This document shows positions 19,972-30,800 of a stretch of DNA of 64,000 nucleotides, one piece after another. Every line of letters starts with the position of its first letter. Position 1 is the first letter of the stretch. The notes beneath the pieces are model-generated. The model ran no database searches. It was not told the DNA's origin and was given only the letters and a program-made list of their open reading frames with translations. A program made the translations under genes and the position numbers. Origin of the DNA: an uncultured Acidobacteriota bacterium (GTDB lineage Bacteria > Acidobacteriota > Vicinamibacteria > Vicinamibacterales > UBA2999); contig CAVSWX010000021.1 in assembly GCA_963731785.1 (NCBI GenBank), forward strand, positions 1,893-65,892. Reading direction: 5' to 3'.

Positions 19972-21157
19972 CGCTCGCCGACCCGGGCCGCGCTGTCGGC
20001 CCTGATGTTCCTGCAGTACTTCGTGTGGGGCGCGTGGTCGGTGACGCTGGGCACCTGGCTCGGCCAGACGCTCCAGTTCTCGGGCGAGCAGATCGGCCTG
20101 GCGTCGGGCACCACGGCGCTCGCGGCGATCATCTCGCCCTTTTTCGTCGGCATGGTGGCCGACCGCTTCTTCGCCACCGAGCGCCTGCTCGCGGTGCTGC
20201 ACGTCGTCGGCGCCGCGATTCTCTTCTACGCCTCCACGCGCTCGACGTTCGGAGGCTTCTACGTGGCGCTGCTGGCCTACGCGCTGTGCTTCATGCCGAC
20301 GCTGGCGCTGAGCAACGCGATCTCCGTTCCGGCAGATGAGCGACCCGGGTCTCGAGTTCCCCCCATCCGCGTGCTCGGCACGATCGGCTGGATTGTCGCC
20401 GGTCTCGTCGTCGGGCTCGCTCGGGCTCGAGGCCACCGCCATGCCGATGCGGCTCGCCGCCGGCGCCTCGCTTCTGCTCGGCGTGTTCTGCCTGGCGCTC
20501 CCGCACACGCCGCCGCAGGCCAGCCGCCGCGCGACGCTCGGCGGCGTGCTCGGCCTCGACGCGCTGAAGATGCTGCGCGATCGGTCGTTCGCCGTGTTCG
20601 TGCTCGGCTCGTTCCTGATCTGCATTCCGCTGCAGTTCTACTACGCCTTCGCCAACCTCTTCCTCAACGAGATCGGCGTGGTGAACGCCGCCGGCAAGAT
20701 GACGCTCGGCCAGATGTCCGAGATCGGCTTCATGCTGGTGATGCCGTGGTTCTTCGCCCGCCTCGGCGTCAAGTGGATGCTCCTGGTGGGCATGGCCGCG
20801 TGGGCGATCCGGTATCTGTTCTTCGCCTACGGCGACACCGGCAGCCTGGTCTGGATGCTGTATGCCGGCATCCTGCTGCACGGCATCTGCTACGACTTCT
20901 TCTTCGTCACCGGCCAGATCTACGTGGACGAGCGCGCCCCGTCCGACCTGCGCTCGGCGGCGCAGGGCCTGATTGCGTTCGTCACGCTCGGCGTCGGCAT
21001 GTTCATCGGCTCGTGGGCGTCGGGCCGCGTGGTGGATGCCTATGCCGCCGCGGGCGGCCACGACTGGACCCCCATTTGGGTGATCCCCGCCGCCGGCGCG
21101 TTCGTCGTGCTGCTGCTGTTTGCCGCGCTCTTTCGCGATCCGAACGCCCGCGCCTAA
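19968..21157 (+). CDS. MFS nucleoside:H+ symporter family permease (NupG/XapB-like) (apparent frameshifts)
   Basis: ORF 20005.. (MFLQYFVWGAWSVTLGTWLGQ...IISPFFVGMVADRFFATERLL...) joins ORF 20336..21157 (...FYYAFANLFLNEIGVVNAAGKMTLGQMSEIGFMLVMPWFFARLGVKWML...GICYDFFFVTGQIYVD). A possible ATG at 19968 overlaps the upstream stop (ATGA). Confidence 0.75.
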
Positions 21158-21226
21158 CAAGTCCTTAACACTCACCCGCGGCGAACCGGACTAAGATCGA
21201 CCCGATTCTTCGGGAGACCGGGCCGA

Positions 21227-22390
21227 ATGGGTGTTTCGAGATTGGCGCTGGGTGCCGCGGCCGCTGCCGTGCTGACGCTGAGTGCCTGCGAATCGCAACC
21301 GGAGACGGGCGCCGCCCCGGGCGCAGGGCGCGGGGGCGGTCGAGGTGGCGCGCAGGGCCCGGTGCCCGTAACGACCGCCACCGTGCTGCAGAAGGCCATG
21401 CCGCTGCAGATCAGCATCATCGGTACGGCCGAGCCTGTCTCCACCGTATCGATCCGGTCACAAATCACCGGCCAGCTGATCTCGGTCAACTTCACCGAAG
21501 GCGACGAAGTCACCAAGGGGCAGCAGCTCTTCGCGCTGGACCGGCGGCCGCTCGAGGCGGCGCTCGAACAGGCCCAGGCCAATCTCGCGCGCGACGAGGC
21601 GCAGGCGACCAACGCCGCGGCCATGGCCAAGCGCTATCAGGATCTGGCGGACAAGGGCATCGCCCCGCGCGAACAGGTGGACACCGCGCGCGCGTCCCTG
21701 GCGGCGCTCAACGCCACCGTCGCCGCCGACCGTGCGGCGCTCGAGAACGCCAAGGTGCAGCTCGAATACGCCACCATCGAGGCGCCGATCTCCGGCCGCA
21801 CCGGCGCGCTGATGGTGCACGAGGGCAACCTCGTGCGCGCCAACGACGACACGCCGCTCGTCGTGATCAATCAGATCCTGCCGATGCAGGTCGCCTTCTC
21901 GATTCCCGAAGCGCGCCTCACGGAGCTCAAACGGTACATGGCGCGGGGCGCGTTGCGCGTGATGGTCAGCCCACCCAACGACGACGCCGCGCCGGCTGCC
22001 GGACGGATTTCGTTCGTGGACAACGCCGTGGACCCCGCGACCGGCACGATCAAGATCAAGGGCACGTTTCCCAACGCCGATCGCCGGCTCTGGCCGGGGC
22101 AGTTCGTCAACGTCACGGTGGAGCTCGCGACGGAGAGGGACTCCACCGTGGTGTCGTCAGCGGCGGTGCAGGCGGGCCAGCAGGGGTCGTTCGTCTTCGT
22201 CGTGAAGCCGGATCAGACCGTCGAGCTCCGCAATGTCGTGGTGAACCGCACGGCCGCCGCCGAAACGATCATCGCCTCGGGCCTCGAGCCGGGTGAGACG
22301 GTCGTGACGGATGGCCATCTGCGCCTGGTGCCCGGAAGCCGCATTTCGGTGAAGGGGCAGGCCGCCGACTCCACGCGATCGGGAGACTGA
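21227..22390 (+). CDS. efflux RND transporter periplasmic adaptor subunit (lipoprotein)
   Basis: Intact 387-aa ORF with lipobox LTLSAC and HlyD/MFP blocks (VSIRSQITGQLISVNFTEGDEVTKGQQLFALD, ...IEAPISGRTG..., ...VVTDGHLRLVPGSRI). Confidence 0.88.
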   Translation: MGVSRLALGAAAAAVLTLSACESQPETGAAPGAGRGGGRGGAQGPVPVTTATVLQKAMPLQISIIGTAEPVSTVSIRSQITGQLISVNFTEGDEVTKGQQLFALDRRPLEAALEQAQANLARDEAQATNAAAMAKRYQDLADKGIAPREQVDTARASLAALNATVAADRAALENAKVQLEYATIEAPISGRTGALMVHEGNLVRANDDTPLVVINQILPMQVAFSIPEARLTELKRYMARGALRVMVSPPNDDAAPAAGRISFVDNAVDPATGTIKIKGTFPNADRRLWPGQFVNVTVELATERDSTVVSSAAVQAGQQGSFVFVVKPDQTVELRNVVVNRTAAAETIIASGLEPGETVVTDGHLRLVPGSRISVKGQAADSTRSGD

Positions 22391-22398
22391 GGGACCCC

Positions 22399-25300
22399 AT
22401 GAACCTGTCGTCGATCTTCATCGCGCGGCCGGTCACGACCACCCTGCTGATGCTGGGCATCCTGGTGTTCGGCACGCTCGCCTACCAGGAGCTGCCCGTC
22501 GCCGATCTGCCGAGCGTGGACTTCCCGACCATCCGCGTGCAGGCGTCGCTGCCCGGAGCCAGCCCGGAAACGATGGCGTCGTCGGTGGCGCTGCCGCTCG
22601 AGAAGCAGTTCACCTCGATTCCGGGTCTGACCAGCATCAACTCCAGCAGCACGCAGGGCGGCACCGACATCACGTTGCAGTTCGACTTGAGCCGCAACAT
22701 CGACGCCGCGGCGCAGGACGTGCAGTCGATGATCGGGCGGGCCTCGCGCCAGCTGCCGCCGCAGATGCCGGCGCCGCCCTCGTTCCAGAAGGTCAACCCG
22801 GGCGATCAGTCGATCTTCTTCCTCATCCTGCGATCGTCGACGCTGCCGCTCTCGACGCTCGACGAAATCGCCCAGTCGGTCGTGGCCCAGCGGATCTCGA
22901 TGGTGAGCGGCGTCGCGCAGGTCAACGTGTTCGGCTCGCAGAAGTACGCGGTGCGGATCGACGTCGATCCGCGGGAGCTCGCCGCGCGCTCGATCGGCAT
23001 CGACGAAGTGGCGTCGTCGGTGCAGAACGCCAACTCGAACCTGCCGACCGGGACCATCTACGGCGAGAAGTCCTTCGTCGTCCAGACCAACGGCCAGTTG
23101 ATGCGGGCGGCGGCCTACGGCCCGACGATCATCTCCTACCGCGGCGGCAACCCGGTGCGGCTCGACGAGGTGGCGCACGTCTTCGACGGCGTCGAGAACG
23201 ACAAGACGGCCGCCTGGTCGAACGGCGAGCGCTGCATCTATCTGCCGGTGCAGAAGCAGCCGGGCGTCAACGTCGTCCAGGTGGTCGATGCCATCAAGGC
23301 GCTCCTGCCCTCGATCGAAGCGCAGTTGCCCGCGTCGGTCAGCCTCGACGTGCGCAGCGACCGCTCGCTGACGATCAAGGAGTCGGTGCACGACGTCAAG
23401 CTGACGCTGCTCGTGACCGTCGGCCTCGTCGTCCTCGTCATCTTCCTGTTCCTTCGCAACCTGTCGGCGACGCTCATCCCCAGCCTGGCCCTGCCCGGAG
23501 CGCTGGTGGGCACGTTCTCGGTGATGTACCTGCTCGGCTACAGCCTCGACAACCTGTCGCTGATGGCGCTCACGCTCTCGGTCGGCTTCGTCGTGGACGA
23601 CGCCATCGTGATGCTCGAGAACATCGTGCGCCACATGGAGATGGGCAAGCCGCCGATGCAGGCGGCCTACGACGGCTCGCGGGAGATTGCCTTCACGATT
23701 CTGTCGATGACGGTGTCGCTCGTCGCCGTCTTCATTCCGGTGCTGTTCCTCGGCGGCATCGTCGGCCGGCTGCTGCACGAGTTCGCCATCACGATCACGG
23801 CGGCGATTCTCGTCTCGGGCTTCGTGTCGATCAGCCTCACGCCGATGATGTGCAGCCGGTTCCTGAAGCCGCCGCACGAGCACGGCCGGCTCTACAACGC
23901 GTTCGAGGCGGTGTTCGATGCCTGGCGCCGGCTCTACGACATCACGCTGCGCGGCACGCTGCGCTACCGCGCGGTGACGATGGTGGTGTCGATCGTCCTG
24001 CTCGGCGCGACCGTCTACCTGTTTGCCATCGTCCCGAAGGGCTTCCTGCCGAGCGAGGATCAGGGCCGCTTCAACGTCAACACCGAGGGCGCGCAGGGCA
24101 TCAGCTTCGAGGAGATGGTTCGCCATCACAATCAGGTGGCCGACATCGTCATGGCCGACGAGACCGTCCTCGGCGTCAGTTCGAACGTCGGGTCCGATCG
24201 GCAACAACGCGACCGGCGGTTCGAATCAGGGCCGCATGTTCGTCGAGCTGAAGCCGCGCGATCAGCGCACCGAGAGCGTCGACGAGGTCATCCAGCGGCT
24301 GCGGCCCCGCCTGTCGGACATTCCGGGCCTCCGGGTCTTCATGCTCAACCAGCCGCCGATCAATCTCGGTGGCGGCGGCGGCGGGCAGCGAGCGCTGTAT
24401 CAGTTCACGTTGCAGGATACCGACACCGACGAGCTCTACAAGTGGGCGCCGGTGCTCGAGGCCAAGGTCCGGCAGATGCCCGGCTTCGAGGACGTCAACA
24501 GCGACCTGCTGTTGAACAATCCGCAGGTGCGGGTGGACATGGACCGCGACAAGCTGTCCACGTTGGGCTTGACGGCGACGCAGGTCGAGAACGCGCTCTA
24601 CAACGCCTACGGCACCCGTCAGGTCTCCCAGATCTACGCGCCGAACAATCAGTACCAGGTCATCTTGCGGGTCGATCCGAAGTTCCAGACCGACCCGGCG
24701 GCGATGTCGCTGCTCTACGTGCGGTCGAACAGCGGGCGGCTGATCCCGCTCGAATCGGTGGCCCGGCTCAGGACCGACGTGGGGCCGACCCAGGTCAATC
24801 ACTTCGGTCAGTTGCCGTCGGTGACGATCGGCTTCAATCTGAGGCCGGGGTTCGCGCTCGGTGACGCCGTCTCGCAGATTCAGATCGCGGCTGCCGAGAC
24901 GCTCCCGTCCACGGTGACGGTCGCGTTCCAGGGCGCGGCCCAGGCGTTCCAGGATTCGTTCCGCGGCCTCGGGCTCGTGCTGCTGATGGCCATCGTCGTC
25001 ATCTACATCGTGCTGGGCGTGCTCTACGAGAGCTTCACGCACCCGCTGACGATTCTCTCGGGCCTGCCCGCGGCGGGCCTCGGCGCGCTGCTCACGCTGA
25101 TGCTGTTCGGCGCCGAGCTCAACCTCTACGCGTTCGTCGGCGTGATCATGCTCGTGGGCCTGGTGAAGAAGAACGGCATCATGATGGTGGACTTCGCCGT
25201 CGAGGCCCAGAAGCTCGGGCAAGACGCCGACCGAGGCGATCCACGAGGCCTGCCTCGTGCGCTTCCGGCCGATCATGATGACCACGATGGCCGCGCTCGT

Positions 25301-25558
25301 GGGCACGCTGCCGATCGCGTTGGGTCTGGGCGCCGGGGCCGAGGCGCGGCGTCCGCTCGGCCTGGCGGTCGTGGGCGGCCTGCTCGTGTCGCAGCTCCTG
25401 ACGCTCTACATCACGCCGGTCTACTACAGCTACATCGAGGGCCTGCGCCTCCGCCTGGCGCGCAAGCGCGCTCCGGCGCCGGTCCGACGTCGAAGCGCAC
25501 CCGGCCCCGTCCCCGGCCGAAGGCATGGCCCGCAGCGCGCAGCTCGTCGAGCCGGTAG
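22399..25558 (+). CDS. efflux RND transporter permease (AcrB/MdtB-like, HAE1) (at least 2-3 apparent frameshifts; 3' end approximate)
   Basis: [25 protein letters not shown]...(ORF 22399..24864), then ...[17 protein letters not shown]...[32 protein letters not shown] (ORF 24023..25558), then [25 protein letters not shown]...[13 protein letters not shown] (ORF 25257..). Confidence 0.88.
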
Positions 25559-25624
25559 GCGTAGGGCGGCGTCGGCGGCCGTCAGGGCCCGGCGGAGGAC
25601 CTGGCCGCGGGTCTCCAGACCCGC
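25552..25624. repeat. degenerate 9-bp-periodic array plus GC hairpin between convergent genes
   Basis: GCCGGTAGG CGTAGGGCG GCGTCGGCG GCCGTCAGG GCCCGGCGG, followed by the hairpin GCGGGTCT-CC-AGACCCGC (25607-25624). It has the same architecture as 45472-45533. Confidence 0.55.
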
Positions 25625-25631
25625 CTCGTCA

Positions 25632-26183
25632 CTACCGCGGCTCGGACGACGGCGGGACGATGTCCTTCATCCGCATGTAGCTCACCACGTTGCCGTAGTG
25701 CTCGGTGTTGTGGCCGTAGTTGAGCACCAGCAGGCCCATGCGCAGCGACTGCGTCCGCCGTCCGTTCTCCTGCGTGATGGTCAGCACTTCCTGCCCCGAC
25801 GCATCCGTCAGCGCCGCATAGACGCCGTCGCAGTAGGCGAGCGCGTCGTTGACGGCCTTCACCAGCGCCGCCTTGCTGGCGATCTTCTCGAAGTCGGTTC
25901 CTGCGCCCGGGTTCTTCTCGCCCTTGGCCTGCGAGCACCACAGGTAGTTGTAGTTGGCCAGATGGCCAATCAACTGGCCGAAGGTGCGGACCTCGGTCTG
26001 CGTCCCGGGCCGCATGCCATAGAGCTCCTCGGGCATCTTCTCGGCCGCGCGAGCGATGTAGTTGCGGTTGTTGGTGTAGGCGCCGCGCAGCCACGACGAC
26101 ATGGTCGGCGCCGGCGGGGTCTGCGCCAACGCGGCGGTGGCGAACGACAGAGCGAGGACGACGAGGGCCAGCGCCGTTTTCAT
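25632..26183 (-). CDS. DinB family protein (secreted)
   Basis: Last 183 codons of ORF 25632..26282, from ATG 26181-26183: [21 protein letters not shown]...[17 protein letters not shown]...[19 protein letters not shown] (DinB His triad context). Confidence 0.75.
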   Translation of the reverse strand: MKTALALVVLALSFATAALAQTPPAPTMSSWLRGAYTNNRNYIARAAEKMPEELYGMRPGTQTEVRTFGQLIGHLANYNYLWCSQAKGEKNPGAGTDFEKIASKAALVKAVNDALAYCDGVYAALTDASGQEVLTITQENGRRTQSLRMGLLVLNYGHNTEHYGNVVSYMRMKDIVPPSSEPR

Positions 26184-26278
26184 GGAGCGGAATGTACACC
26201 ACCCCGCGTATCCACCGACGCTCCAGCTCGGCGGCCTGGAACAACCTCGAGGTCGACGCGTAGCCACGCCCGCAGGCG

Positions 26279-27768
26279 TCACTTCAAGTCGAACGTCTTC
26301 TCCGCGGACTCATCCTTGATCGCCGTGCGGAGCACGGCGCGGGTCGTGGTCGTCGGCAGGTCGAACACGACCGTGCCCGTGGTCGTCGTCATCGGCTCCA
26401 TGGTCTCGTTCGGGAACTGGAACGGCGCGTACTGTTCGCCGCCGGCCGAGACCCGCATCGTGATCACGCCGGTGTGCAAGCCGTAACGTCCGCGGTTCTC
26501 CAAGCGAATCGTCAGGGTGAGCCGCAGGACGTTGGCGAACCGGCGGCTCGACGCCCGAAGCAGCGTCACGCCGACGTCGGTGGTGTCCAGCAGCGGCATC
26601 GGGTCGCGGACCACCGCCGCCGTGATGGCCTGAGCGCCGGAATCGGCAATCTCCGCCTGCTCGTCCACCGGAGGCCGGCCGGTCGGCGACAGATCCAGCG
26701 GAATCTCGGCCGTCTCCTGTTGCCGGCCGACGAGGCGCAACGTGCCGGCGCGCATCTGCGGCCGGAGCCGGAACGTGACGATGCCGTACCGCAGCGAATT
26801 GCCTGGCACCGACGTGTTGAGGCCGCTGGTCGGGCTGAGCATGTCGCCGCCGACCGCGAGCCGGAACGAGTCGTCCCAGAACCCGACGTCGTAGCGGCCG
26901 AAATTCATCAGCCGCATGCGCAGGCGCAGCTCCGGCGTGTCGCCGCGCATGACCACGTTGCCCGACACGACGGCGTAGATCGCGTCGCCGAACGCGGCCT
27001 CGGCGATCCGGGGGATGTCGATGGTGTATGGCGATCCGCCTGCCGCGGAGATCGGCGGCCCGGCCGGCACGGAGGAGGCCGCGGCGCGTGGACGCCGGGG
27101 CGCGCGTCGCCGCGTCGCCGCCGCCGGCGGGCGTCGAGGCGCCACCGCCTGGTTCCGCGGGCGGAGCCCCCGGGTCGCCGGCCTCGCCGCCCGACCGCCG
27201 GTTTCCGTTGAACAGCAGCAGCCCCACGATCACGATGGCCAGACGCCGCCGCCACCCACAGCCGCGCCGCAGAGATCGGTGCGTCGGCGCGCGTCGGGTC
27301 CACCGCGCCGGTCGCCGACTCGATCACCCCGACCAGCCGATCGACGTCGGCGTCCCAGGTCTCGTCGCGAACGGTCACCGCGTGCCGCCGGGCCAGCGGA
27401 CGGATGTTCTCCGGCAGCTCCGCCGAGACCGGCATCGACGCGCCTTCGACCAGCACCGGCACCACCAGCACGTTCGGGCGGGTGAGCGCCGCGGCGATCT
27501 CGAGCCGCACGAAGTCGTACGGTTCGTCGAGCCGGCGGCTGCCGGTCATGTCGCGGGCGCCGACCCACTCGCGCCCGATGACGGCCAGCATGACGCGGCA
27601 GTCGTTGAGGCGCGACTCGATCGCCTGCACGAAGTCCTGTCCGGGACGCAGGGTATCGACGTCGCGAAACACCCGTGACGCGCCGAGCCGCCGTTCGAGC
27701 GACTCGCGCAGCCGGCCCGCGTAGCCCGCCGCGTCCTCGCGGCGGTAGCTGATGAAAGTTCCGGCCAT
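26279..27768 (-). CDS. TIR domain protein with a single TM helix and two C-terminal beta-sandwich-like repeats (two apparent frameshifts in the linker)
   Basis: ATG 27766-27768 behind a GAGGA RBS: [46 protein letters not shown]...[12 protein letters not shown]...[11 protein letters not shown] (ORF 26908..27834). Then [15 protein letters not shown] (ORF 26310..27233 frame, nt ~27210-27254). Then two repeats in ORF 26279..27145 (...[34 protein letters not shown]... / ...[35 protein letters not shown]...). Confidence 0.75.
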
Positions 27769-27864
27769 CCGTCCTCTGGGGGAGGAGCGTCCGATTATAA
27801 CGGCCGCTCGAGCCGGTCCGTCTTCATCTTGCACACGTTCGACGGGTGGCCGTATGGTGGAAGG

Positions 27865-28889
27865 ATGCGCGACCCGATCATCCAGACGTCCCCGCTCGGC
27901 TCACGATGGCAGACGTCCGATCCGTTCCTCTTCTGCGTTCATCACATCGATCACTATCCGCGGGGCAACGACCGGCTGGGGCCCGACGCACCGCTGGCGG
28001 GCCACGACGTCGGGCAGGACTTCGAGGGCCACGGACGGCTGGCGGATGTATCACGGCGACGTGGTGCCGGGCTTCCCGCAGCACCCGCACCGCGGTTTCG
28101 AGACCGTGACCATCGTTCGCACCGGCTACATCGATCACTCCGACTCGCTCGGCGCCACGGCACGCTTCGGGATGGGCGACGTGCAGTGGCTCACGGCCGG
28201 GGCCGGCGTGGTGCACTCGGAGATGTTCCCGCTCCTCCACGCGGACCGGCCGAACGATCTCGAGCTGTTTCAGATCTGGCTGAACCTGCCCGGCCGCGAC
28301 AAGCTGGTGGCGCCGTATTTCACGATGTTCTGGGACCAGGACATCCCACGGGCCGTCCATCGCGACGCCAACGGCCGCACGGTGACGATCACGGTGATCG
28401 CCGGCGCGCTCGACGGGCTGCAGCCGCTGGCGCCGCCGCCCAATTCGTGGGCGGCGAGTCCCGAAGCGGACGTGGCCATCTGGTCGATCGCGCTCGAGCC
28501 CGGCGCGTCGTGGGTGGTGCCGCCGGCCGCGTGATGCCTCGACCATCCGGACGCTGCATCTGTTCCGCGGCACGGCGCTCAAAGTGGGAGAGCGGATCGT
28601 GCCGGGCCCGTCCGCCATCCAGGTGCACGCCGATCAGGCGGTGCCCCTCGAGGCCGTCGACGGCGCCGCCGAAGTGCTGCTGCTGCAAGGGAGGCCGATC
28701 GGCGAGCCGGTCGCGCAGTACGGCCCGTTCGTGATGAACACCCGCGCCGAGCTGGAGCAGGCGTTCCAGGACTACCGGCGCACGCAGTTCGGCGGCTGGC
28801 CGTTTCCCGAGAACGCGCCTGTCCACCCGCGCGACCGCGGCCGCTTCGCCCGTCACGCCGACGGCAGGGTCGAGGAGGCGGGCGCCTGA
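27865..28889 (+). CDS. pirin family protein (2-3 apparent frameshifts)
   Basis: [31 protein letters not shown] (ORF 27829..) joins [63 protein letters not shown] (ORF 27752..28534). It ends with ...[44 protein letters not shown] (ORF 28584..28889). Confidence 0.85.
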
Positions 28890-29344
28890 CGGTGCGCCTC
28901 GAAGAACCCGCGCCAGAAGAAGCCGTTCTGGAACGCGACCAGATACACCATCAGTTTCGGCGTGGCCAGAGCCCCCGAGGCGTTGAGGTCGGCGACGACC
29001 CCCAGCAGCGGGATGAACACGATCGGCGACGCGAAGATCGGCATGAAGAACGCCGAGGGGTCGAACCGGTAATCGCGCGTGCGGGCCTGATCGAAGCCGT
29101 CCTGGGCCGCCATCCCCAGCAGCATGGCGCCGTAGCAGAAGACGATCGCCAGCGTCTCGTGCAGCGATCCCTTGGCCTCGACCTGCTCCGGGAACGCATA
29201 GCCGAGCACGAGCGCTGCAAGCGCCGTGAGCGCGGCGGCCTGGATCACCCGGCGCGGACGCTTCACCACCAGGTTCACATACCAGACGCACACCAGTAAT
29301 CCCGCCACCGAGGCGGCGAGTACCCACGACAGGACCCACGACAT
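28853..29344 (-). CDS. small polytopic membrane protein (about 4 TM), last gene of the caspase operon
   Basis: Last 163 codons of ORF 28853..29815, from ATG 29342-29344 behind a GGAGGAGG RBS and 20 nt after the caspase gene stop (TAA 29365-29367): MSWVLSWVLAASVAGLLVCVWYV...IVFCYGAMLLGMAA...FFMPIFASPIVFIPLLGVV...LMVYLVAFQNGFFW. No family recognised. Confidence 0.55.
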   Translation of the reverse strand: MSWVLSWVLAASVAGLLVCVWYVNLVVKRPRRVIQAAALTALAALVLGYAFPEQVEAKGSLHETLAIVFCYGAMLLGMAAQDGFDQARTRDYRFDPSAFFMPIFASPIVFIPLLGVVADLNASGALATPKLMVYLVAFQNGFFWRGFFEAHRQAPASSTLPSA

Positions 29345-29364
29345 CGCTGCCTCCTCGCCATCCG

Positions 29365-30787
29365 TTATTGCACGAAGACGAACTCGCCCCGGCTCGCCCC
29401 GCCCGGCCCGAGGTCCAGGAACATCGGCGAGAGCTCGCGGTTGGCCCGGCGCGCCTCGCGCTCGACCGCCGGTCGCAGCCACACGTAGAGCTCGCGTGCG
29501 GTCACGATCCGGTCCTTGTAGAGGTCGGCTTCGCGGCGAAGCCCGGTGAGCAGCTCCTCGGTGAAGAGGCTCCCGTTCCATCGCGTGCCGCCGAACGACT
29601 GCTGGCCCGCGGTGCCGGCCATCAGCATGTAGCGCGCCGGTCCGCGCGCCATGCGGTTGAGCGCTTCGGCATCGACCTTGGGGTTCGGCTGGCGAATCGT
29701 GTTGGACTTCATCTCCATGCCGTCCACCGCGAGGCCGCTGAAGCACGAGTCGAGCACCACCATCAGGTGCTCCACGCTCAGGCCTTGAGCCACCGCACCA
29801 GGTCGAGCATCGCAATCGAGTTGCGGTGGCGCCCGTCGTCGATCTCGACGGCCAGCGGCAGGAACCCGCGTGTGGCCGTGCCGCTGCCGTCGGTGATGCC
29901 GTGACCGGAGTAGTAGAACAGGAACCGGTCGTTCGCCTGCATCTTGCCTTGCAGATAGCGCTGCGGATGGCGGAACGCGTCGAGCGTCACCTGGTCGTCG
30001 ACGAGCGTCACCACCTCGTCGAAGCCTTGCGCGTCGAGGTACTCCTTCATCTTGAGGACGTCCTGCGCCGGCGAGGCGAGCGGCGCCATGTGGCGGTACT
30101 TCCCGATGCCCACGACGAGGGCGTAGCTCTTGTTGAACGCGGGCGGTGTCGGCGACAGGTACGTCGTCCACAGCTCCCACAGGCGCGCAGTAAAGCTCGG
30201 GCGATCCGGCGCCTTGGCCTCGACGCCGACCTTCGAGGTGGCGAGCATCTGCGGCTGGAGGCCGTCCACCTCGAACAGGAGCACGCCGTTGAAACCCGAG
30301 GCGCTGAAGCCCGGCGGGCGCAGGAAGTACACGAGCCCGTGGCGTTCGGCGCCCGGAGCGAGACGCCCGCTCGCCAGCTGCTTCCCGGCCAGCGCCGATT
30401 CGAGCGCGCCGGGATGAAACGCCGACGACTGGCGGCCGATGAACCGCAACACGCTTGGCATCCGCTTCATCTTGCGGATCTCGCTGGCGACGGCGGCTGC
30501 CGCCAGCGGCCGCAGCGTGGTGTCGCCGCCGAGTCCCAGCCGCACCGCCTCGTAGTCGAGCGCCACGCGCTTCGGTGGAAGTGTTGCGAACGGTCACCGC
30601 CACCGGCAGCGCTCGCGAGCCGCCGAGCAGCGGGTCGACGGCGGACGGATCGAGGTACTCCAGACGGACCGCCAGCGCACCGCTGCGCTGGCCGGTCAGC
30701 TGGAACTCCATCTGCCGCGCCGTCTGCGCCAGGCGTCGCCCGCGAGCAGCAGGGTCGAGCCACGCCGCGATCGGTGCGCGCGACCAT
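29365..30787 (-). CDS. caspase family (peptidase C14) protein with N-terminal beta-sandwich-like domain (at least 2 apparent frameshifts; N-terminus unresolved)
   Basis: ORF 29778..30566: ...KSYALVVGIGKYRHMAPL...DRFLFYYSGHGITDG (His codon 29901-29903). It joins the frame of ORF 29365..31983: GLSVEHLMVVLDSCFSGLAV (Cys codon 29743-29745) ...GEFVFVQ*. The N-terminal part is MEFQLTGQRSGALAVRLEYLDPSAV...ALPVAVTVRNTSTE / VALDYEAVRLGLGGDTTLRP. Candidate ATG at 30785-30787, 13 nt after the upstream stop. Confidence 0.8.
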
Positions 30788-30800
30788 GATGCGGGCCGCG

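Noticed and set aside
25257-26486. 409-aa ORF extending the RND permease C-terminus by ~300 residues
   Set aside because: Beyond ~25500 the translation becomes Arg/Ala-rich and runs antisense through the DinB gene. A repeat/hairpin element typical of gene ends lies at 25552-25624. The pump most likely ends near 25558.
28853-28889. 37-nt overlap of the convergent pirin and membrane-protein genes (and the 157-nt overlap of 623..1471 with 1315..2140) as possible antisense regulation
   Set aside because: Given the indel problem, the 3' ends of the plus-strand genes are uncertain. The overlaps are probably artefacts of read-through into wrong frames or simply short convergent overlaps, and there is no independent support.
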